Origin: Oscillibacter sp. MSJ-31
GTDB taxonomy: Bacteria; Actinomycetota; Coriobacteriia; Coriobacteriales; Eggerthellaceae
Direction of reading: 5' to 3'
DNA length: 64,000 nt
Assembly (NCBI GenBank): GCA_963601095.1
Contig: CAVCDZ010000132.1
Span: 8,547 to 72,546 of the forward strand
In this document: one piece after another, positions 27,954 through 37,439 of the stretch
Layout of the letters: every line of letters begins with the position of its first letter
How positions within the stretch are numbered: position 1 is the first letter of the stretch
Notes under the pieces: generated by a model
What the model saw: only the letters and a program-made list of their open reading frames with translations
Told to the model about the DNA's origin: nothing
Databases searched by the model: none
Position numbers and translations under genes: made by a program

Positions 27954-29303
27954 CTAGCGATCCTTCTCTTTTTCCTGCTCGCCCTCGTCCTCGACCGGCT
28001 CGGCCTCCTTCTCAAAGAAGACGCCGATCTTGTCGATGCGCAGGCCGTCCATCACGTTGGCTGACAGCGTGATCTTGGTGCCCTCGTGATGCAGGACGAT
28101 CTCGTCGCCCTCCTCGGGAATCTTGTCCAGCAAATCAAGGAACAGGCCGCCGGCGGTCTCGTAGTCCAGCGCCGGCGCGGGCTCGAACTCCAAGAACTCG
28201 ACGAACTGGTCGACCGGCAGCGAGCCGTCCACCAGATAGCGATGGTCGCCCACCTTGAGGATCTCGTCCTGGTCGTCGTGCAGGTACTCGTCTTCCATGC
28301 GGCCGATGATCTGCTCGACGACGTCGGTCATGGTCACGATGCCGGCCGTGCCGCCATGCTCGTCGACGACCACCGCGATCTTCGTGTGCTTCTCCTGCAG
28401 CACCTGCAACAGCTTGCCGATCGCAAGGCTCTCGGGCACCGCCTGGATCGTGCGGATGCGCAGATCCTTCATCGTGGAGCCCTCGGGCAGCAGGTAGGCG
28501 TCCTTGATGTGGACGAAACCGACGATGTTGTCCTTGTCCTCGCGGAACACCGGGTAGCGCGTGAATTTGTTCTTGCCCATGAAGTCGAGGTTGGTGGCCA
28601 GATCGTCGTCGAGGTCGATCGCCATGACCTCGGTGCGCGGCGTCATGATGGACTTCGCGTCCTTGTCGTCGAGGTCGAAGATGTTGTCGAGGTACTGGTA
28701 CTGGTCCTGCTCGATCGATCCGCTCTCGGCGCTTTCCTCGAGAAGGATCTTGATCTCCTCTTCGCTGTAGGTGTCATGCTCCTTGGTCACGTCGTGGCCG
28801 GTCAGATGCATGATGCCGTTGGTCAGGACGTTGAACAGCCACATGATCGGCCAGGTGATGCGGTAGAAGACGTACAGCGGCGTGGCCGTCGCGAGCGCGT
28901 AGTTCTCCGTCTTCAGAATGGCCATGGACTTCGGGACAAGCTCGCCGATGACCACGTGCAGCATCGTCATGATCAAATAGCCGATCGCCACCGAGATCGC
29001 CGTGACCGCCGCATCGGGCAGATTGAGCGCGGCGAAGAGCGGGTGGAAGAGCGACGAGATCGCCGGCTCGCCCAACCAGCCCAAGGCCAGCGACGCGAGC
29101 GTGATGCCGAGCTGGCACGCAGACAGGTAGGCGTTGACGTTGTCGGCCACGCGAGCAGCGCGCACGGCGCCGCGGCGGCCTTCATCGACCAAGAGCTCGA
29201 TCTGCGATTTGCGCACGCGCACGAGCGAGAATTCCGCGATGACGAAGAAGGCGTTCATCAACAGGAAGAATACGACGAGGATAAGACTTAACCATATAGG
29301 CAT
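27954..29303 (-). CDS. CNNM/CorC-HlyC family transporter (DUF21 + CBS pair + CorC_HlyC)
   Basis: DUF21 N-terminus (NAFFVIAEFSLVRVRKSQIELL), a CBS pair and a C-terminal CorC/HlyC domain. 449 aa. Confidence 0.9.
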   Translation of the reverse strand: MPIWLSLILVVFFLLMNAFFVIAEFSLVRVRKSQIELLVDEGRRGAVRAARVADNVNAYLSACQLGITLASLALGWLGEPAISSLFHPLFAALNLPDAAVTAISVAIGYLIMTMLHVVIGELVPKSMAILKTENYALATATPLYVFYRITWPIMWLFNVLTNGIMHLTGHDVTKEHDTYSEEEIKILLEESAESGSIEQDQYQYLDNIFDLDDKDAKSIMTPRTEVMAIDLDDDLATNLDFMGKNKFTRYPVFREDKDNIVGFVHIKDAYLLPEGSTMKDLRIRTIQAVPESLAIGKLLQVLQEKHTKIAVVVDEHGGTAGIVTMTDVVEQIIGRMEDEYLHDDQDEILKVGDHRYLVDGSLPVDQFVEFLEFEPAPALDYETAGGLFLDLLDKIPEEGDEIVLHHEGTKITLSANVMDGLRIDKIGVFFEKEAEPVEDEGEQEKEKDR

Positions 29304-29642
29304 AGAGGCTGAGGCTCCTTAAGCAGAAACGTTCACGAACAGAGGGGAAGGCCGAGCATCACACGGTCATCTCCCCCTTGGAAAGCGAAGAAGGGCAAGG
29401 CACCAACGCTCCCCGGCCGCCAAGACAGAAAAACGCAGCCTTATCTTCACGCGAAGACAAAGACCACGCTGGGTTCATGGAAGGGCTCTGGGGTTGTTCA
29501 CAACGTTTTCGGATCGAACAACATCGACCGCCGCCGTCGGAGTCGTTCACGACAGCTTCATCTCCTTGCCTGGCACCGACCCGGAAAGGTCCGCACCCTC
29601 GAAAAGTAAACGCAGGTTGGCTTGCGCAAACCCGTTCAGTCC

Positions 29643-29670
29643 ATGGTATCAGCGCGCTAGGGCTTGTCAA
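29643..29670 (-). promoter_or_regulatory. candidate promoter of the CNNM/CorC gene (gives a ~330-nt leader)
   Basis: On the minus strand: TTGACA (29670-29665), a 16-nt spacer, then TACCAT (29648-29643). Confidence 0.45.
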
Positions 29671-29899
29671 TGAATCCGCCGTCGCGAGGGGTACGTGTCG
29701 GCAAAACGACCACACGGTCGGCAAGAGGGGCGGGCACGGCGGTAGCACGCGTCGAGACCGATGGCCCATGCGGCGCGAGGGCGCTCCTTCCCGCCCTTTT
29801 CCCGACACCTCGCGCCTTTTCGTCGTGCGATCCCTTCTTTTTTAGAAGGAATTCTCGATTGCCCGTTGCCTGTCCGACAACGGGCGGTATCATCGCCGC

Positions 29900-30942
29900 A
29901 TGAACCACACTGCTCCACACGTAATCGGGCGCGCTGCCTCAAAAGCGCGCCCGCTCTTCACCCCGCTGCGCACCCGCACCGCAGCCTTCGCGGCGACATG
30001 CGCGCTCGCGCTCTCATGCACGATCGCCACGCCCGCTTGGGCTGACGACAGCGCTTCGTCAACTGCGCAGTCACTCTCCCCCGCCCTCTCGCAGGTGCTC
30101 GCGAACACGCTCGGCAACGCGACCTCGAACGCAGCCGCCCACTTCATCGACTCCGCCGTCCTCACCGCCGACGCCTTCACCGCGGTCGACGCAGCGGCAG
30201 ACGGCCCCGCCACATTCGCCCTCGACCCCGGCTCAAGCGCGCCCGAGCTCTCTGCCGAGGCGCAAGAAGAGCTCACCGAGGCGGTCGGCGAGCTCAGCGG
30301 CAACGAGACGGGCTTCTTCTTCATTGATTTGACCAGCGGAAACGGCATCGCCTACAACCTCGACGAGCGCGTCTACGGCGCCAGCTCCTTCAAGGGCCCC
30401 TACGCCGCCTACCTCTGCGAGACCCGCGGCGACGGCGAGGCGGGGCTGTCCGATTCGACCCGGTCGCTGATCGAGTCGATGGTGATCAGCTCGGACAACA
30501 ACGCCTTCAAGACGCTGCGCAACACCTACGACAGCGCAGGGTTCTCCGACTGGCTCAGCTCGTGCGCCGTCGACACCGACCTCAAAGACGACACGCACTT
30601 CCCGCGCTACTCCGCACGCGAGTCTGCGCTGCTGTGGTTGCACACCTTCCGCTATCTGCAGACCGACACCGACACGGCCCAGTGGCTCAAAGGGCTCTAC
30701 GCCCAGACGAACGTGTCGATGATCCGTTCCGGCATCGCCGACGAGGGTGCGACGGTGTCAACAAGGCGGGATGGAGCGCGAGCGGTGCGCGATTCAGCGG
30801 GCTGTGCGACGCCGGGCTCATCGAATGCGACAGCAAGACCTACCTCATGTCGATCATGAGCGGCTCGCCTGACAGCGGCTCCAACCAGGCCGCCCTATCC
30901 GACATCGCCGAAGCGCTCTTCGCCCAGCACGACGCACTCTAA
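29900..30942 (+). pseudogene. secreted class-A beta-lactamase-like serine hydrolase, interrupted by a 1-nt frameshift
   Basis: Frame 1 (29900..30859) carries the signal peptide, SxxK (ASSFK) and SDN. The conserved K-[TSA]-G region and C-terminus (VNKAGWSASG...LMSIMSG...) continue in another frame (to 30942). The frames switch between about 30746 and 30757. Confidence 0.7.
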
Positions 30943-31080
30943 GCGCCGCTGCGGCAACGCTTTTCAACCGTTCTTGGGTCGCGCGCGCACTGCCGCTACA
31001 ATACGGATGATGCGTTTTACTCACCTGAGGAAAAACGCAGAACCGAACGCCGCAAAGCGCCAAGAAAGGAGGCAGCCACG

Positions 31081-31854
31081 GTGGAATCCGTCGAAACCTG
31101 GGACGAGAACGCGCGCGTAGCCGACAACGACGACGATGCCGCGATCGATGAGGCCGCGCGTGACGAAGCTGCCTCCTCCATCACCATCGCCGCCAACGAG
31201 TCGCGCCACACTCACATCGCCGAGCACTTCGGCCAGCTTCTATGGGTGTTCACGATCATGTCCGTCATCGGCCTGTTTGGCGAGACGCTGCAGCACTACA
31301 TCGCCTTCGGCGAATGGGAAAGCCGCATGGGCTTCATCTGGGGGCCGTTCTCCCCGATCTACGGCCTGGCTGCCGTGCTGTTCACGATCACGCTCGAGCC
31401 GCTGCAGGACCGCGCCGTGCCGGTGCCGCTCATCGTGGCGGCCGTCGTCGGCGGATCGCTCGAATACTTCGCCAGCTGGGCGATGGAAACGTACTGGGGC
31501 GTCGTAGCCTGGAGCTATCAGGATCAGCCGCTCAACATCAACGGGCGAACTGACGTGTTTCACAGTCTGGTTTGGGGCACGCTCGGCACGCTATGGGTGA
31601 AGATCGGCCTGCCGATCTGCCAGCTCGCCTTCGACCGCGTCCACACCGACGGGCGCGCCTACCGCATCACCACGGCGGCGCTTGCGGTGTTCATGGCGGC
31701 GAATATCGTGGTCACCTGCACCGTGCTGCTGCGCGCCGACGCGCGCGCCCACGACGTGCCGCCGCAAAACCCGATCGAGCAGATCTACGACCAGGTCTAC
31801 CCCACCGACTACCTGCAAACGCGCTTCCACAACATGGGAGGCCTGGGGCTGTAG
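31081..31854 (+). CDS. DUF1113 / putative ABC-transporter type IV family membrane protein
   Basis: GTG start behind AAAGGAGG. An acidic N-terminal tail is followed by motifs recalled for Pfam PF06541 (GFIWGPFSPIYG, LEYFASW..E, W.Y...PLNINGR, SLVWG). Confidence 0.7.
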   Translation: MESVETWDENARVADNDDDAAIDEAARDEAASSITIAANESRHTHIAEHFGQLLWVFTIMSVIGLFGETLQHYIAFGEWESRMGFIWGPFSPIYGLAAVLFTITLEPLQDRAVPVPLIVAAVVGGSLEYFASWAMETYWGVVAWSYQDQPLNINGRTDVFHSLVWGTLGTLWVKIGLPICQLAFDRVHTDGRAYRITTAALAVFMAANIVVTCTVLLRADARAHDVPPQNPIEQIYDQVYPTDYLQTRFHNMGGLGL

Positions 31855-31878
31855 CGCCCCAGCGCCGGCGGCCTTTCT

Positions 31879-32511
31879 CTATCCGGCGATGAAACGATAC
31901 CCCGGGTATGGCACCTTCCCGAACCGGCCGTGATAATCCGACCCGCCCGTGCAAAACAAGCCGAAGCGCTCGGCCAATTCCTCGCAGCGCTGCTCGTCAT
32001 CGCGATCGTGGGCATGGTGATACTTCTCGATGCCGGCCAGCCCCACGTCCACCAGCGCGGGAACGGTCTCGTAGTTATCGAATTGGCCTGGGTGCGCCAG
32101 CACCGGCAGCCCGCCATCGGCGACGATTGCTTGAACAGCGTCGCGCGGGTCCACGTACGAGATGTTCCGATCGCATATCCCGCCGTTCTTGAAAAGCAGA
32201 CGATAGAGCGTCTGATACGTCTCGCTGGAAAACGGGGCGTCACCGGTCAAGGCGGCCATCACATGCTGCTTGTAAAACCCCGTCGACGCTGCCGCAAGCG
32301 CAGCCGCCCTGTCCACGTCCACCGGATAGCCAGCTTTGAGGAGCTGTTCCATCTGCCAGGCCGTGTTGACGCTCCGGCGCTCGAGCGTGCTTGCGCACAG
32401 CGCGCGAATCGCCGGCGCGTCTTCGTGCACTCCCAGGCCCAACACGTGAGCGCTGCGACGCGATGCGGCATCCCACGCGCTGATCTCGACGCCGAGCACC
32501 ACATGAAACGC
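31879..32511 (-). pseudogene. 5'-truncated PHP-domain (TrpH/YciV-like) phosphoesterase gene remnant
   Basis: Homology begins at the ..LGVEIS.. strand and runs to the C-terminal GGSDYHG. The first ~55-60 residues, including the DLH.H..SDG metal motif, are absent. The upstream reductase gene stops at 32516, so there is no room for them. Confidence 0.6.
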
Positions 32512-32515
32512 GCGC

Positions 32516-33637
32516 CTATTCGTACTGCTCGGCTGCCTCTTCGAGGTACTCGATGATCTCGATGCCCTGCGGGCACATGTCCTCACACGCCCCGCACTGG
32601 ATGCACTCGGATGCCTTGCCGGCAGCGGCCTGCCACGAGTACAGGCCCTTGACGAACTCGCGGTTCTCGGTCATCTTCTCCAGGTTCAAAAGCCCCAGGA
32701 TCTCAGGGATCTTGACGCCCTGCGGGCATTCCTTCACGCAGTAACGGCAGTTGGTGCACGGAATCGTGCCGACGCTGCGCAGCGCTTCGAGCGCCTGGTC
32801 GAGCGCGACTTTCTCGTCAGCGGTAAACGGCGCGTTGGCGTGCCATTCAGCCACGTTTTCGCGCGTCTGCTCGATCGTCGACATGCCAGAGAGCACCGCG
32901 ATCACGTTGGGCAGGTTGTAGCAGAAGCGATAGGCCCACGACACGATACTCTTGTCGGGCGCCGCCGCCTTGAGCACCTCCTCGCCGCGCTGGGGCAAGT
33001 CGGCCAGACGACCGCCGCGGGCAGGCTCCATGATGACGACCGGCACGCCGTGGGCGCGCGCGACTTCCATGCAACGGCGCGACTCGGTGACCGGGTCGTC
33101 CCAGTCAAGGTAGTTGACCTGCAGCTGTACGAAGTCCATGTCGGGGTGCTTCGTGAGCAGCTCCTCGAGCGTGTCGGCCCCGTCGTGCATCGAGAAGCCC
33201 AGGTGGCGGATGACGCCCTCCTCGCGCTTCTGACGCGCCCAGTCCCACATGCCGTACTCGTCGAACTTGGCCGTGCGCTGCCCGCCGAGGTTGTGGAGCA
33301 GGTAGAAGTCGACGTAGTCGGTTCCCAGGCGCTCGAGCGACGTGGTAAGGCACGCCTTCGCGGCCTCGGCGGAGGGCTGCGCCCAGGCAAGGCACTTGGT
33401 GGCGATCGTGTACGACTCGCGCGGATGGCGACGAACCAGCGCCTCGCGCAGCGCCGTCTCCGACGCTCCGTTGTGGTAGACGTACGCCGTGTCGAAATAG
33501 GTGCCGCCACCGGCCAAGAACGCGTCGACCATCTGCTTGACCTGTTCGATGTCGATGCTCGTCGGGTCGTCGGGGTCGGTCAAGGGAAAGCGCATGCAGC
33601 CAAAGCCGAGCTTCGGCGTAGACAGCAGATCAGACAT
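32516..33637 (-). CDS. aldo/keto reductase with C-terminal 2x[4Fe-4S] ferredoxin-like domain
   Basis: AKR N-terminus (LGFGCMRFP..., YFDTAYVYHNG.SE) plus the Cys clusters CTNCRYCVKECP and CIQCGACEDMCP. Confidence 0.9.
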   Translation of the reverse strand: MSDLLSTPKLGFGCMRFPLTDPDDPTSIDIEQVKQMVDAFLAGGGTYFDTAYVYHNGASETALREALVRRHPRESYTIATKCLAWAQPSAEAAKACLTTSLERLGTDYVDFYLLHNLGGQRTAKFDEYGMWDWARQKREEGVIRHLGFSMHDGADTLEELLTKHPDMDFVQLQVNYLDWDDPVTESRRCMEVARAHGVPVVIMEPARGGRLADLPQRGEEVLKAAAPDKSIVSWAYRFCYNLPNVIAVLSGMSTIEQTRENVAEWHANAPFTADEKVALDQALEALRSVGTIPCTNCRYCVKECPQGVKIPEILGLLNLEKMTENREFVKGLYSWQAAAGKASECIQCGACEDMCPQGIEIIEYLEEAAEQYE

Positions 33638-33752
33638 GGAAGGCTCCTCTTCATCATGGGAACGACGCAGGGGAAAGCGGGCATCTTTTCCCTGGTGACC
33701 CCATCATATGCCTTAGAGTTGGCTTCAGGTCAAGAGGAGGAAGAAAGGCGAG

Positions 33753-33799
33753 CGAAAACGCGAGGCCTGCGCGGTGCGATGCTCCCGCGCAGGCCTCGC
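33753..33799 (-). terminator. candidate terminator downstream of pyrE
   Basis: 14-bp stem CGAGGCCTGCGCGG (33761-33774) / CCGCGCAGGCCTCG (33785-33798). On the minus strand it is followed by GTTTTCGC, a weak U-tract. Confidence 0.5.
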
Positions 33800-33843
33800 T
33801 GCGGTGATTGTTCGTGCGCAGACGGTACCGAAGGGGCGAGCAA

Positions 33844-33933
33844 GCCTCCTTCGTGCCAGGCTCCTTCGTGCCGGGCTCCTTCGTGCCGGGCTCCTTCGTG
33901 CCAGGCTACTTCGCGCCGGCTTCCTTCACGCCG
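33844..33933. repeat. 15-bp tandem repeat x6 spanning the pyrE stop codon
   Basis: Units GGCTCCTTCGTGCC[G/A] sit at 33844, 33859, 33874 and 33889, with degenerate units at 33904 and 33919. In the pyrE frame they read GVKEA-GAK*P-GTKEP-GTKEP-GTKEP-GTKEA. Confidence 0.8.
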
Positions 33934-34601
33934 TACTGCTCGTAATAGGCGTCGAGCGCCGCCTTCGTGGCGTCGTCGATCACGACGGAGCCGCGCACCT
34001 CGCGGTTGTACAGGCATTCGACGACGTCGGCCATGCTCACGATCGATGCCACCGGGAACCCGTAGCGCTCCTGGACCTCCTGCTGCGCCGTGACGACGCC
34101 GCCCTTGCCCACCTCCATGCGGTTGAGCGAGACGATCAGCCCGCGCACGTCGACGTCGGCGGCTGCCTTCAGGATCGGGTACGTCTCGTCGATGGACTTG
34201 CCGGACGTCGTGACGTCCTCGACCATGATCACGCGATCGCCGTCTGCGAGGTCGGCACCCAGCAGATTGCCGGCGTCGGCGCCGTGGTCCTTCACTTCCT
34301 TGCGATTGCAGCAGTAACGGACCTCTTTGCCGTAGAGCTCTTGCAGCGCGATGGCCGTGACGACCGCCAGCGGGATGCCCTTGTAGGCAGGGCCGAAGAC
34401 CACGTCGAAGTCGAGCCCGAAGTTGTCGTGGATCGCGCGGGCGTAGTACTGGCCCAAGCGATGCAGCTGATCGCCCGTCACATACGCGCCGGCGTTCATG
34501 AAGAAGGGAGATTTGCGACCGCTTTTCAGCGTGAACTCGCCGAACTTCAGCACATGGCTCTCGACCATGAACTCGATGAACTCCTGCTTGTATGCCTCCA
34601 T
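33906..34601 (-). CDS. pyrE: orotate phosphoribosyltransferase
   Basis: ORF trimmed to ATG 34601 (MEAYKQEFIEFMVESHVLKFGEFTLKSGRKSPFFMN). Has the PRPP-binding loop (VIMVEDVTTSGKS). Confidence 0.9.
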   Translation of the reverse strand: MEAYKQEFIEFMVESHVLKFGEFTLKSGRKSPFFMNAGAYVTGDQLHRLGQYYARAIHDNFGLDFDVVFGPAYKGIPLAVVTAIALQELYGKEVRYCCNRKEVKDHGADAGNLLGADLADGDRVIMVEDVTTSGKSIDETYPILKAAADVDVRGLIVSLNRMEVGKGGVVTAQQEVQERYGFPVASIVSMADVVECLYNREVRGSVVIDDATKAALDAYYEQYGVKEAGAK

Positions 34602-34677
34602 GGCGCATCCCTTCTCGCGTGCGGTTGCAGCTGATGTCTTCCCTATGATAGCAGCCGGCCGCACAGGCCCCCTCCCA

Positions 34678-34707
34678 CAAAAAACGGCCTCCCCGAAGGA
34701 AGGCCGT
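34678..34707 (-). terminator. intrinsic terminator after citrate synthase gene
   Basis: On the minus strand: ACGGCCTTCC-TTCG-GGGAGGCCGT followed by TTTTTT (complement of 34679-34684). Confidence 0.75.
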
Positions 34708-34736
34708 TCGCGTAGCGGAAATCGACGGGATAACGC

Positions 34737-36074
34737 TTAGCGCTCCTCGATCGGCTTGTAGGCACGCTCCTTGATGGCGGTCTTGTACGCGGGGCGGATG
34801 ATGCGCTTGCCGCTGACCAGCTCCTCGAAGCGATGCGCCGCCCAGCCCGACATGCGCGCGCAAGCAAACAGCGGCGTGATCAGGTCCTCAGGGATGCCGA
34901 GCATCGAGTACACGAAGCCGGAGTACATGTCGACGTTCGCGCACATCTCCTTCTTGGTGCCCTTCTCGCGCAGGATGACCTCAGGGCTCAGGCGCTCGAT
35001 GGACTTCAGCAGGTTGAGCTCGGCCTCGAACTCGGTGCCCTTGGCCAGCTTGGTGGCGAATTCCTTGCAGATGACCGCGCGCGGGTCGGACAGCGTATAA
35101 ACGGCATGGCCCATGCCGTAGATCAGGCCGGTGTGGTCGTAGGCTTCCTTGTTCACGATCTTGGCGATGTAAGATGCGACCTCGTCCTCATCCTCCCAGT
35201 TCTTCACGTTCTCCTTGATCTCCTTCTGCATGGCGAGCACCTGATGGTTGGCGCCGCCGTGCTTGCTACCCTTGAGCGAGCCTAAGGCAGCGGCGTAGGC
35301 GGAGTACGGATCGGTGTCGGCCGACGACAGGACACGGCAGGTGAACGTGGAGTTGTTGCCGCCGCCGTGCTCGGCGTGCAGGCAGAGCATGATGTCGAGC
35401 ATGCGCGCTTCCTCAGGCGTGAACTCGCGGTTGGGGCGCAGCATCGACAGGATGGTCTCGGATGTGGTCTGACCAGGAACGAAACGATGAATGATCATCG
35501 ATTCGTTGTGGAACTTGGCGCGCTTGGCGTAGTACGCGAGGACCATGATGCGCGGGAGGCGGGACAGCAGGGAGATGGCCGTGCCGATCTCGTGCTCGTA
35601 GGAGCGGTCCTCGGCCTTCGGGTCGTCGGCGTAGAGCATGAGAACCGAGCGCGCCAGCACGTTCATGATGTCGGCCGACGGCGTGCTCATGATCTTGGAG
35701 GCGGTGAAGCCGTCGGGCAGCTCGCGCTTGGAGTCCAGGACCTTGACGAAGAAGTCGAGCTCGTCTTGCGTGGGCAGGTTGCCCATCAGCAGCAGGTAGG
35801 CGACCTCCTCGAAGCCGCGACGCTTCGTGGTGTCGCCGCTGAGCAGGTCGTAGATGCTGTAGCCGCGGAAGGTGAGCTTGCCCTCGTCCGGCACCTTGTC
35901 GCCCTCGTTCATGAGGTAGCCATGAACATTGGAGATGTTGGTGATGCCGGCAATGACGCCCGAGCCGTCGGAGTTGCGCAGGCCGCGCTTGACCGGGTAC
36001 TGCTCGTAGAGTTCAGGGTCGATCGAGTTGACCCTGATGATGTTGTCGTAGAGGGAGAGCTTCTTGTCGTCCAT
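34737..36074 (-). CDS. citrate synthase (citrate/2-methylcitrate synthase family)
   Basis: 445 aa with the citrate synthase signature region (LHAEHGGGNNSTF, GSLKGSKHGGANH, GMGHAVY). Confidence 0.9.
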   Translation of the reverse strand: MDDKKLSLYDNIIRVNSIDPELYEQYPVKRGLRNSDGSGVIAGITNISNVHGYLMNEGDKVPDEGKLTFRGYSIYDLLSGDTTKRRGFEEVAYLLLMGNLPTQDELDFFVKVLDSKRELPDGFTASKIMSTPSADIMNVLARSVLMLYADDPKAEDRSYEHEIGTAISLLSRLPRIMVLAYYAKRAKFHNESMIIHRFVPGQTTSETILSMLRPNREFTPEEARMLDIMLCLHAEHGGGNNSTFTCRVLSSADTDPYSAYAAALGSLKGSKHGGANHQVLAMQKEIKENVKNWEDEDEVASYIAKIVNKEAYDHTGLIYGMGHAVYTLSDPRAVICKEFATKLAKGTEFEAELNLLKSIERLSPEVILREKGTKKEMCANVDMYSGFVYSMLGIPEDLITPLFACARMSGWAAHRFEELVSGKRIIRPAYKTAIKERAYKPIEER

Positions 36075-36420
36075 TGATGGTCCTTTCGACGGTAACTGTA
36101 AAGTTTACCCCAAAGGGGTGATTTCTTGGTTTCGCACGAGTTACAAGTCGCAGGTCGCCGTCGCGCACCTGCCGCGGGGCACCACCGAACGGCCTTCAAG
36201 CCTTCAAGGCCCCCATCTGCCATAATTCCTTTGCATAGCCGCAGGCCACGCTACCCAGCCCCATAACATTGTGTCGAAAAACGTGGCACGAGATTGCATT
36301 TCCTTATATCCTGCTAGGCATAAGCTCATAACACGTTCGCAGAATCTGCGCGCCCCCAGAGCCCACCTGGCGCGCTCGCCCGCAGTCTCCGGCGAACCCA
36401 ACCCAAGGAGGCTCCTTTCC

Positions 36421-37347
36421 ATGGACATCTCTGGAACCACCCGTTTGTGCTGCTTGTTCGGATCACCGGTCGCGCATAGCCGTTCCCCTCAGCTGCACAA
36501 CAAGGCCTTTGAGCTGACTGGGCTGAACTACCGCTACGTCGCGTTCGACGTCACCAACAACCAGATGGAGCGCGCCATGGATTCGGTGCGCCTGTTGAAC
36601 ATGCGCGGCTGCAACCTCACCATGCCGAACAAGATCGACGTGATCCCCTTCCTCGATAAGCTCGATCCCGCTGCAGGACTGATCGGCGCGGTCAACACCG
36701 TGCTCAACGAGGACGGCGTGCTCACCGGCTACAACACCGACGGCTACGGCTTCATGCGCGCGTTCCAGGATCATGACGCCGACATCAAAGGCAAGAAGAT
36801 GACGCAGATGGGCATGGGCGGTGCCGGCACGTCGGTCGCCGTGCAGGCCGCGATCGACGGTGCGCGCGAGATCTCCGTGTTCAGCCCCGCCACCGGCAAG
36901 TCGTGGGGCCGCGCCACCGAGGAAGTCGCCCTCATCCGCGAGCGCACCGGCTGCAACATCAACCTCTACGACGCCAACGACCACGACGTGCTGCGTCGCG
37001 AGATCGAAGACTCGGAGCTTCTGGCCAACACCACCCCGATCGGCATGGGCAAGCTCGAGGGCAAAAGCCCCATCCCCGACGCCTCGTTCCTGCGTCCGGA
37101 GCTGATCGTGCAGGATGCCATCTACGAGCCGGAGGAGACCGAGCTTCTGCGCATGGCCCGCGAGACCGGCTGCACCACGATCAACGGTCTTGAGATGCTG
37201 TTCTACCAGGGTGCCCGTGCGTTTGAGATCTGGACCGGCCTCGAGATGCCGCTGACGCCGAAGACCATCGCAAGCCCCGTGATCGCGCCAGCCAACAAGC
37301 CGCGCGGCGAGTACGAGCCCTGGGCGTTCATGCCGGCAGGCCAGTAG
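36421..37347 (+). CDS. aroE: shikimate/quinate 5-dehydrogenase family protein (paralogue 1)
   Basis: ORF trimmed to ATG 36421 behind AAGGAGG. AroE/YdiB N-terminal motif (LFGSPVAHSRSPQLHN..F), NLTMPNK and GAVNT. The symbol is family-level only. Confidence 0.85.
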   Translation: MDISGTTRLCCLFGSPVAHSRSPQLHNKAFELTGLNYRYVAFDVTNNQMERAMDSVRLLNMRGCNLTMPNKIDVIPFLDKLDPAAGLIGAVNTVLNEDGVLTGYNTDGYGFMRAFQDHDADIKGKKMTQMGMGGAGTSVAVQAAIDGAREISVFSPATGKSWGRATEEVALIRERTGCNINLYDANDHDVLRREIEDSELLANTTPIGMGKLEGKSPIPDASFLRPELIVQDAIYEPEETELLRMARETGCTTINGLEMLFYQGARAFEIWTGLEMPLTPKTIASPVIAPANKPRGEYEPWAFMPAGQ

Positions 37348-37439
37348 GGGGGCCACTCAGCGCGTCTGCGTTCGAGCACCACAGGCGCACCGCCCGCAGT
37401 GGCACGCCCGCCCTCGAGCACCGCATACCCCGCACCCCC

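Noticed and set aside
30740-30760. Programmed ribosomal frameshift in the serine hydrolase gene
   Set aside because: There is no slippery heptamer or downstream stimulatory structure at the junction. A simple 1-nt indel (mutation or assembly error) is the more economical explanation.
33844-33933. CRISPR array (also checked 21017-21100, 24151-24189, 27399-27486, 3888-3971)
   Set aside because: The units are 10-42 bp, directly tandem or nearly so, without unique spacers of CRISPR size. There are no cas genes in the window.
33730-34863. 377-aa minus ORF containing HEGAR/HEGAW repeats
   Set aside because: The repeats are just the 15-bp tandem array read in the wrong frame. The ORF overlaps pyrE out of frame and crosses its terminator.
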